Below, in pieces: positions 8,822-15,050 of a stretch of 26,518 bases of DNA. How positions within the stretch are numbered: position 1 is the stretch's first letter; each line of letters begins with the position of its first letter. The translations under genes and the position numbers were made by a program. This DNA is from a virus (taxonomy: Duplodnaviria; Caudoviricetes): positions 1-26,518 of IMG/VR virus record IMGVR_UViG_3300027644_000051. One strand, written 5' to 3'. A model generated the notes under the pieces. It ran no database searches, was not told the origin of the DNA, and saw only the letters and a program-made list of their open reading frames with translations.

Positions 8822-9488
8822 ATTTTGGTCTGTTCTTCATAAGCCAGGGCATCGCCTGGTGGGTTAATGCGTTGGCATCCACGCCAACAGTCTGGCTCCC
8901 GACATGGTGGACATAGGACGCGCTCACAAAATTCTTGTACCCGAGTGCCTCTAGGTCGGCGCATTGCACGTCATCTGAAAACCAATTTAGGGGTGGGAAT
9001 GGGCATTGGGCAAAGGCGTCTGCACAGATCCAGGCGAATATGGGCGAGATCACGTCAGACTGCCGAATCTTTGACTCGGACGTAAACCGGCACATATCAA
9101 ACGCCTCACCCTCTGGGTTCCAGCGAATATTTTGCACCGCACGCGCCCAATCGCACCTGGATGCTACCCAACCAGGGTTCAGACCCATGTCCTTGACAAT
9201 CTCCACGTCATCCAGCAGGACGCGATAGCTTGACGGCGTCAGGACAATGTCGTCGTTCGCCACCACAACAGAGTCGAAATCCTTGAGTGCGCACTTGATA
9301 ATGTCGTTGTAGTCCTCGCCGAAATTTCTCGGTGACCCGATCAGCTTCACGTCGGCGTCAAACCGGTCCAGGACCGAGGCCGGACCGCGTAGGTACACGG
9401 GAATCTCGGGGCAGTATTCGCGTATTGATGCCAGCATCACCGCCAGGTTTTTGCCGTGGACGGTGCTGATGGCAATTGGCGCTATCAC
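8796..9488 (-). CDS. GT-A fold (GT2-like) glycosyltransferase
   Basis: RNFGEDYN, VVVANDDIVL, NWFSDDVQC, YVHHVGSQT. Confidence 0.75.
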   Translation of the reverse strand: MIAPIAISTVHGKNLAVMLASIREYCPEIPVYLRGPASVLDRFDADVKLIGSPRNFGEDYNDIIKCALKDFDSVVVANDDIVLTPSSYRVLLDDVEIVKDMGLNPGWVASRCDWARAVQNIRWNPEGEAFDMCRFTSESKIRQSDVISPIFAWICADAFAQCPFPPLNWFSDDVQCADLEALGYKNFVSASYVHHVGSQTVGVDANALTHQAMPWLMKNRPKYAQRWFNS

Positions 9489-9775
9489 TTGGCCTTGTTC
9501 CTCGCGGATATGGCCTTGGACTTCGCCTTTGCGTCTGCCTTGGATGACGCGCCCCAGGCGTTCAGACTCAGCAGCAACCTGGTTGGCTTCCCGTCCTTCA
9601 TCTCGGGGCCAGGCATATTGCCCATCCGAGCCAAGAATGACGCCCGACGCGGGTTGTCGCCGGACTTGACAGGCGCTTTCAGATTCATGCCCTCGGCTTT
9701 GGCGCTGGCGCGACCCTTGGCGTTCAAGCCGCCAGTGGCCGACTTACCCTCCTTGCGCGTCCAGGCAGCACTCAT
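9485..9775 (-). CDS. Small basic phage protein (DUF6321-like)
   Basis: AWTRKEGK..GGLNAKGRAS...NPRRASFLARM...RLLLSLNAW; ATGA overlaps. Confidence 0.75.
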   Translation of the reverse strand: MSAAWTRKEGKSATGGLNAKGRASAKAEGMNLKAPVKSGDNPRRASFLARMGNMPGPEMKDGKPTRLLLSLNAWGASSKADAKAKSKAISARNKAK

Positions 9776-9927
9776 TTCTTCTTCACTGGCTTGGCCGTCT
9801 TAGCCGCCTTGCGGAAGTCGGCTGCGCTGGGTGCCGCCTTGCTACCGACCTTGTTCATCTTCTCGCCGGAGCCAGCCGCAATACGTTTTTGCTTGGCGTT
9901 GATGTTTGCGTAAAGTCCTGGTTTCAT
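9772..9927 (-). CDS. Small Lys/Ala-rich basic protein (51 aa), missed by the ORF track
   Basis: MKPGLYANINAKQKRIAAGSGEKMNKVGSKAAPSAADFRKAAKTAKPVKKK; ATGA overlaps with both neighbours and fills the gap exactly. Confidence 0.85.
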   Translation of the reverse strand: MKPGLYANINAKQKRIAAGSGEKMNKVGSKAAPSAADFRKAAKTAKPVKKK

Positions 9928-10409
9928 TCCTCTTCTCCTTCTAGTTCCGTGTCCACATACTCTTCATCGTCTCCACGGCCATCGTTCGGGCCGCCTGTAA
10001 CCCAAGCATCGCACGTTCGACTAGCTGCGCACTTGAAGTCGAAAATCTCGCAATAGCCGAGGTCAGCGAGTCGTATAGTTCCCCAAGGATCTGCTTCATT
10101 TCCAATTCCTTTAGCAATGCAATTTTTAATAGAGTCCTGCACATTAAAGGCGGCGCAGTTACCGCATAGGCTCTTCTTCGAATCTTCGATGCTAACGTCC
10201 CAGGTGTCGGCCTTGTTACGCCAAAAAGCCTCGTTTGGCAGCTTGGGATTCTCCGGACCATACTTGGCAGAGGTGATTGCCTTGGCGCGGTTCTTCAGAT
10301 TCAGCACCACGTCCTGGGTAGGCATAGGGCATTTCGCCACCTCTTCCTCCGAGGTCATCATCTGGTCCATCGCCGCCGCATACTTTGCGGGTACGTCGCG
10401 TGTAGCCAT
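9924..10409 (-). CDS. Cys-rich protein with HiPIP-like motif (161 aa)
   Basis: Start re-called to ATG 10409 (MATRDVP), just after the upstream stop. Contains CGNCAAF...GYCEIFDFKCAASRTCDAW and an acidic tail. Confidence 0.75.
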   Translation of the reverse strand: MATRDVPAKYAAAMDQMMTSEEEVAKCPMPTQDVVLNLKNRAKAITSAKYGPENPKLPNEAFWRNKADTWDVSIEDSKKSLCGNCAAFNVQDSIKNCIAKGIGNEADPWGTIRLADLGYCEIFDFKCAASRTCDAWVTGGPNDGRGDDEEYVDTELEGEEE

Positions 10410-10410
10410 A

Positions 10411-10599
10411 CTATCCCCGCTTTGCTTTGTTGGTGGCGGTGCGCTCACCGCGCACGGGCAGCTTGGCCTCAGACATCGCAATAGCCATCGCCTGCTTGGG
10501 ATTCTTCACAACGCGCTTGGTCATGCCCGAGTGCAGCTTACCCGCCTTGTACTCGCCCATCACCTTTGCAATCTTACTCGCGGCCTTGTCAATCTTCAT
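10411..10599 (-). CDS. Small basic protein (DUF6496-like)
   Basis: KIAKVMGEYKAGKLHSG...VKNPKQAMAIAMSEA. Confidence 0.8.
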   Translation of the reverse strand: MKIDKAASKIAKVMGEYKAGKLHSGMTKRVVKNPKQAMAIAMSEAKLPVRGERTATNKAKRG

Positions 10600-10626
10600 A
10601 GATTACCCCTTTGGTTGGATGCGTAA

Positions 10627-12054
10627 TTATGCTACGCGAGCAAGATTCCTGCGCAGTGGCTTGCTCCAGGACACTTTCGCACCACCGAATGCACCGATCA
10701 CCGCGTCGCTGGCAAACGTCAGGCAAAAGGCATCTGCCCTATCCGGACTCGGAAAACCACGCTTTCGGATCTCGTCCTTGCCCTCGATCTGAATCTTTCC
10801 GCTGGATGTGAACGAATACCGGACGATGGCTAACTCTGACACTAAAGCCTCGTCCTTGGGCATCTTGCAGTCACGCCCCTCCAGCCAGGCTTTGGCCTTG
10901 TGCCACAACTCGGCTTTCAGGTTCCGGTAAGTCGCGCCCATAGCTGGACTCTCGGATACGTTGATGCCGCGGCAAGGAAGATTCAGTTCCCGCAGGCGGT
11001 CAACCACTCCCGCGCCTAGTCCGATTGAGTCCACCAGGATTTCGGTTGGCCTCTCGGACGGTGGCAGGGACTCGTACTCGGAGACCACTGCACCCGTGAG
11101 TTGCATCAGGTCCAGGTTCTTCCAGGTCTTGATTGGCTCGGTCACGGCGTTACCCTTGCGCTTGCAGAGTGCAGACCTGTCAGACCCAAACCTCGCAACG
11201 TCCAGACCCCAGACCATTGGCGCCGTCGCGCTCGGCTCAACGTCCCGCTGCTGCGCCATCTCCAGCAACTCCATAGGGATGACAGTATCGTCATCTGAGC
11301 GTGGAAACTCGCCTAGCACCCTGATCCGGTAGGCGTTTGACTCCTCGCCGTAGCGTGCTGCCATCTCCCCGAGGTACGCCTCTGAGACGCGGGGCGAGTC
11401 GGCGCATGACACCTTCATCGTGATCCAGTCATCCTTGAGCCGGTTGTGGGTGTCGTAGAAGAATCCCGTGGAGCGCACAGGGTTACCGAGCAGCAGGGTG
11501 ACCGCCTTGTGTCCCGACATGGAACCGGCAGCGGCCTCGAACACCGCCTCGGGGATACCGGACGCCTCATCTGCCACCAGCATGACGTTGTCAGAGTGAA
11601 CCCCTTGGAGCGCTTCGGGTTGCTCTGCTCGGCTTGTCCTGGCCGAGATGAACGCCTCGTTAGGCGCTTCCTTGACCTCGACCCTGTCCTGCTTGACGTC
11701 TAGCTGGTCGGCCAGCATGGGCGGTAGCTGCTTAACCCAGCGCTTCAGTTCCGCGAACAGGGCGTCGTAAAGCTGGCTTGACGTTGGCGCTGTAACGACA
11801 ATCTTTACAGGGAACCGCAAAAACAGATACCACAGCATTGCCCAGGCGCTGGCGGTTGACTTGCCCACGCCGTGGCCGGAGCGTACGCTAATGCGTCGGT
11901 TTCCCTTGGCAATGTGATTTAGAAACTCTACTTGCCAATCATCAGGCTCGGTGTTCAGCACCTCCCTGACAAACAGCACTGGGTTGTTTTTGTACAGCAG
12001 GGCGAACTCGATAAACGGGTTCTCAGAATTCTCAGAATTTTTTTTTGTAGCCAT
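10627..12054 (-). CDS. terL: Terminase large subunit
   Basis: Walker A RSGHGVGKS, VTAPT, Walker B LVADEASG, LLGNP, nuclease WGLDVARFGSD, VDSIGLGAGV, SPDRADA. Confidence 0.96.
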   Translation of the reverse strand: MATKKNSENSENPFIEFALLYKNNPVLFVREVLNTEPDDWQVEFLNHIAKGNRRISVRSGHGVGKSTASAWAMLWYLFLRFPVKIVVTAPTSSQLYDALFAELKRWVKQLPPMLADQLDVKQDRVEVKEAPNEAFISARTSRAEQPEALQGVHSDNVMLVADEASGIPEAVFEAAAGSMSGHKAVTLLLGNPVRSTGFFYDTHNRLKDDWITMKVSCADSPRVSEAYLGEMAARYGEESNAYRIRVLGEFPRSDDDTVIPMELLEMAQQRDVEPSATAPMVWGLDVARFGSDRSALCKRKGNAVTEPIKTWKNLDLMQLTGAVVSEYESLPPSERPTEILVDSIGLGAGVVDRLRELNLPCRGINVSESPAMGATYRNLKAELWHKAKAWLEGRDCKMPKDEALVSELAIVRYSFTSSGKIQIEGKDEIRKRGFPSPDRADAFCLTFASDAVIGAFGGAKVSWSKPLRRNLARVA

Positions 12055-12070
12055 AGTGCGTTATCCGGTA

Positions 12071-12098
12071 GGGGGTAGGGGGTCAGGGGAACAGTGGG
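12071..12098 (+). repeat. G-tract cluster containing a KOPS octamer (GGGTAGGG, 12073-12080); also fits a G-quadruplex pattern
   Basis: GGGGG-TA-GGGGG-TCA-GGGG-AACAGT-GGG. Confidence 0.5.
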
Positions 12099-12205
12099 TT
12101 CGGTGAGTGTTTAGGTACTGCCACAACCGCCCCGCCGCCACGGCCGGACGGGGGGGGCGGGCGGCCAGCGGCCAGGGCGCGGCCACCTGGCGACGGGCTG
12201 CAGCC

Positions 12206-12214
12206 TGTGGATAA
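12206..12214 (-). promoter_or_regulatory. Consensus DnaA box 1 (TTATCCACA)
   Basis: TGTGGATAA on +, within the 12-mer CTGTGGATAACT found three times in 230 bp. Confidence 0.7.
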
Positions 12215-12259
12215 CTCAGCACGCTGCGCGTCCCCTCTGACGCTGCGCTATGGTGCGCG

Positions 12260-12272
12260 TAAGCCTATGATT
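12260..12272 (-). promoter_or_regulatory. IHF-like binding site
   Basis: AATCATAGGCTTA versus consensus WATCAANNNNTTR, one mismatch. Confidence 0.35.
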
Positions 12273-12317
12273 CCATTGAGTATTCTGCTGCGCGTCTGCA
12301 CTTAGTGCAACAGAGCT

Positions 12318-12345
12318 ACTTAATACAGTGTCCATTATGTGAATG
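12318..12345. other. Degenerate dif-like (XerC/XerD) site
   Basis: ACTTAATACAG-TGTCCA-TTATGTGAATG has 11-6-11 geometry. Left arm matches ATTTAACATAA (reverse XerD arm) at 7/11; right arm begins TTATG like a reverse XerC arm. Confidence 0.45.
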
Positions 12346-12394
12346 AAAATAGGGTGTTTATGCCTGTTTCTGCTTAATCTTTGAGCAAATGCAC

Positions 12395-12850
12395 TCATTC
12401 TGTGGATAACTTTGGCATCTGGTCTGTGGATAACTGCTCAACCACTTCGACGTGGCGCAGCGCCTCCATGCGCATATCGCCAACTGATATGTTTACTTGA
12501 TGCTTTTGGGTTTCTGCCCAGTTCATCTGCGTCTTACTCCACCAGATGGCCGCAGTCGTATCACCTGCCATGACCTTCTGAAACAGGGTCTTACCGACCT
12601 GGCCATTAGCCTTGGCCTTGCCAGACACCAATTCGGTTCCAAAGTGAGAGCGAAGCGTGTCAACGTGGATGCCATTGCGCACTAAGACTGCGATCTGGTC
12701 GATTGGCAGGCCGTAGCCTGAGAGCGCCTCCACCTGTTTGCGCTCTGCATCTGTTGGTTTAAAGGCTAATCGGCCAGCGCCAGGTCGTGCGCCGCCGTTT
12801 GATTTTCTACCATCCTGCTTTTCTAGGATAGGTTTTTCAATTTTTACCAT
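12395..12850 (-). CDS. terS: Terminase small subunit
   Basis: Start re-called to ATG 12850 (GGAGG SD). GGARPGAGR, HTH (QVEALSGYGLPIDQIA), GDTTAAIWWSKTQMNW; directly upstream of terL. Confidence 0.8.
   Translation of the reverse strand: MVKIEKPILEKQDGRKSNGGARPGAGRLAFKPTDAERKQVEALSGYGLPIDQIAVLVRNGIHVDTLRSHFGTELVSGKAKANGQVGKTLFQKVMAGDTTAAIWWSKTQMNWAETQKHQVNISVGDMRMEALRHVEVVEQLSTDQMPKLSTE
12401..12433 (-). promoter_or_regulatory. Consensus DnaA boxes 2 and 3 (12401-12409, 12425-12433), inside the terS 3' end
   Basis: Two TGTGGATAA 24 bp apart, same orientation as box 1. Confidence 0.7.
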
Positions 12851-14117
12851 TTGTAACCTCCGCAAAAGGTTGTCCAGTTTCTGCGTGTATTGCCTGCTTG
12901 CCGGTAAATTCCTGCCATCGGCGAACGATTACATCCACATACTTCGGGTCAAGCTCCATCAATCGGGCATGGCGTCCCGTCTTTTCGCAGGCGATCAGGG
13001 TGGAACCGCCGCCACCAAACAAATCAAGAACGACATCTTGGCCCTTGGTGTTGTTTAAAACCTGATACTCAATTAAGTCAACCGGCTTCATAGTCGGGTG
13101 CAACGTGCTGCGCGACGGGCGGTCAAACTCTAAAATAGTAGTCTGCTTGCGGTCGGTCGCCCAAAGGTGTCCTGCGCCTTCTTTCCACCCATATAGGCAA
13201 GGCTCATGCCTCCAATGGTAATCCTGCCGCCCCATAACTAAAGTTTGCTTCTTCCAAATCAAGCATTGGCGAACCGTCCAACCAGAGTCTTTGCAAGCAC
13301 CACGAAAGTTATACCCTTCCAAATCTGCGTGCCAAATGTAAAACACAGCACCCGATTTCATGACAGCGTCAGCAGCTACAAAAGCATCTCGCAAAAATTG
13401 CCGAAAGCTCTCATCGTCCATGCTGTCGTTCTGAATCTTCATTGCGTCTTTTGTCTTGCCAACATAGGCAACGTTGTAAGGAGGATCTGTTATTAATTGA
13501 TCGGCTAGACCGCCATCCATTAGCGCCTCAACCGCATCAATGTTGGTTGAGTCGCCACACATTAGCCGATGCTTTCCCAATACCCAAACGTCACCAAGCA
13601 CAGTAATCGGCTTCTCTTGCACTTCAGGTACGGCGTCTTCGTCAGTCAAACCTGGCGGTATTTCCTCTGGCGTTAAGGCTGCTATCTCTTCAGCACTAAA
13701 TCCCGTCAGATCAAGGTCAAAGCCCAGCTCGCCAATTTCACCCAACTCAAGCGCAAGCATTTCGTTGTCCCACCCTGCATTCATAGCCAGCTTATTGTCA
13801 GCCAAGACGTAAGCACGTTTTTTAGCATCTGACCAACCTCTAGCCACCATCACTGGCACCTCGGTCATTTGCAAACGCTGTGCGGCCAATGTACGCCCGT
13901 GACCGGCAATGATGCTACCTTGCTCATCTACCAAAACTGGTGTTGTCCAACCCCATTCTTTAATGCTTGCAGCAATTTGACTTATCTGCTCATCCGAGTG
14001 TGTCCTTGCGTTACGCGCATAGGGGACTAGTTTGCCAATCGCCCAGCGCTCCACCTTATCTGCTGGATTGTGTAATTGTGTGTCCATATCCATCCTTTGT
14101 TTTAACTGCCCTGGCAT
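12837..14117 (-). CDS. ParB/Srx-like N-terminal domain fused to beta-class N6A/N4C DNA methyltransferase
   Basis: LVPYARNARTHS, PVLVD, IIAGHGR, LADNK; then TDPPYN (motif IV), HPTMKP, DLFGGGGST (motif I). Start re-called to ATG 14117 (GGAGG SD, TAATG overlap). Confidence 0.92.
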   Translation of the reverse strand: MPGQLKQRMDMDTQLHNPADKVERWAIGKLVPYARNARTHSDEQISQIAASIKEWGWTTPVLVDEQGSIIAGHGRTLAAQRLQMTEVPVMVARGWSDAKKRAYVLADNKLAMNAGWDNEMLALELGEIGELGFDLDLTGFSAEEIAALTPEEIPPGLTDEDAVPEVQEKPITVLGDVWVLGKHRLMCGDSTNIDAVEALMDGGLADQLITDPPYNVAYVGKTKDAMKIQNDSMDDESFRQFLRDAFVAADAVMKSGAVFYIWHADLEGYNFRGACKDSGWTVRQCLIWKKQTLVMGRQDYHWRHEPCLYGWKEGAGHLWATDRKQTTILEFDRPSRSTLHPTMKPVDLIEYQVLNNTKGQDVVLDLFGGGGSTLIACEKTGRHARLMELDPKYVDVIVRRWQEFTGKQAIHAETGQPFAEVTNGKN

Positions 14118-14197
14118 TACAAAGCCCTCCAAGCGTTTTTCGTTACCGCAAGCACCCTACGCACCACCTCATCCCATAAATCACTTCCTGCGCTCAT
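14117..14197 (-). CDS. Putative 26-aa amphipathic peptide
   Basis: MSAGSDLWDEVVRRVLAVTKNAWRAL; overlaps the upstream gene end, and its TAA overlaps the next ATG. Confidence 0.5.
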   Translation of the reverse strand: MSAGSDLWDEVVRRVLAVTKNAWRAL

Positions 14198-14828
14198 TCT
14201 TGTCCCTTTCTGCTGCCTTCGTATCAAACATCTTCCCGCCCTTGAACGGCTTGCTAATGTCGATGTCGTTCTCCATGTCCTCGAACCCGCTGGAGCCTTG
14301 AGGCTGAATAGGAATCATTCTCGTTCCAGGTATCGCCGCCTTGATCTCCCTTACCTGTTTCAGCGTTGGCCCGTTCATCACCACCTCAAGCTCTTCGAGC
14401 GTCCAGACCGATCTTGAGCCTCGCTGCTTGCGAAACTGCTCGTACCAGGTCGCCATCTGTTTGTCCCTGACAATGACCATCAAGCTCCCGTCGGCCATTC
14501 GGTGTTCCATGCAGTCGATTTTAGGCATCTGCTCTATGCCTGCCTCAGTCGCCCACCTGGTGAGCGCCTTGTATGCCGCGATCATTCCCTTGATGGCCTT
14601 CTCCAACCGTTCCTCGTCCCGCGCCTGGCTGGCCTCCCAGATGCGCTCCCGCTGCACGATGACCTTCCTGCGGAACTCGGCATCCACCAGGTCGATCACT
14701 CGGTCTATCCCGTAAACCTTCTCATGCTCCATCTTCGCCATCTCCATTTCAACCATGAGCGAATGCTCAAAGACTTTGAAACGGTCGCTCGGATAAACGT
14801 CAGTCTCCAATAATTTCTTCGTAGCCAT
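14181..14828 (-). CDS. Hypothetical protein (215 aa) next to the putative origin
   Basis: Clean ORF with AGGAG SD; no recognisable motif. Confidence 0.85.
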   Translation of the reverse strand: MATKKLLETDVYPSDRFKVFEHSLMVEMEMAKMEHEKVYGIDRVIDLVDAEFRRKVIVQRERIWEASQARDEERLEKAIKGMIAAYKALTRWATEAGIEQMPKIDCMEHRMADGSLMVIVRDKQMATWYEQFRKQRGSRSVWTLEELEVVMNGPTLKQVREIKAAIPGTRMIPIQPQGSSGFEDMENDIDISKPFKGGKMFDTKAAERDKNERRK

Positions 14829-14840
14829 CCTTAACTCCTA

Positions 14841-15043
14841 ATCTACGCAACACTAAACCTAGCAGATAGCATCTACGCAACTACACCTTGCATTAAGCAA
14901 GGTGTTGCTAGTTGCGTAGATTTCTACCTATTTCTACACACTTGCGTATATACGCAGTTGCGTAGATTTAAGCATCTTGCGTATACTTTTACAACAAAAG
15001 TACATACGCAATTGCCTATACGAAATCTACGCAATTGCGTAGA
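14841..15043. repeat. Direct and inverted TACGCA / ATCTACGCAA iteron array; putative replication origin
   Basis: Ten TACGCA/TGCGTA units and several perfect palindromes in an AT-richer non-coding gap directly downstream of the primase-helicase. Confidence 0.75.
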
Positions 15044-15050
15044 CGCATCC

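Noticed and set aside
12055-12394. tRNA or other known ncRNA in the terS-terL gap
   Set aside because: No cloverleaf with a proper T-loop and acceptor stem could be built.
12216-12398. 60-aa - strand ORF downstream of terS
   Set aside because: Has an ATGA overlap but no protein-like features and spans the motif-rich junction; more likely incidental, though not excluded.
14841-15043. Possible CRISPR mini-array, given the nearby Cas4-like gene
   Set aside because: Repeats are 6-13 bp, in both orientations and irregularly spaced. The Cas4-like protein is a standard phage replication exonuclease and no other cas genes are present.
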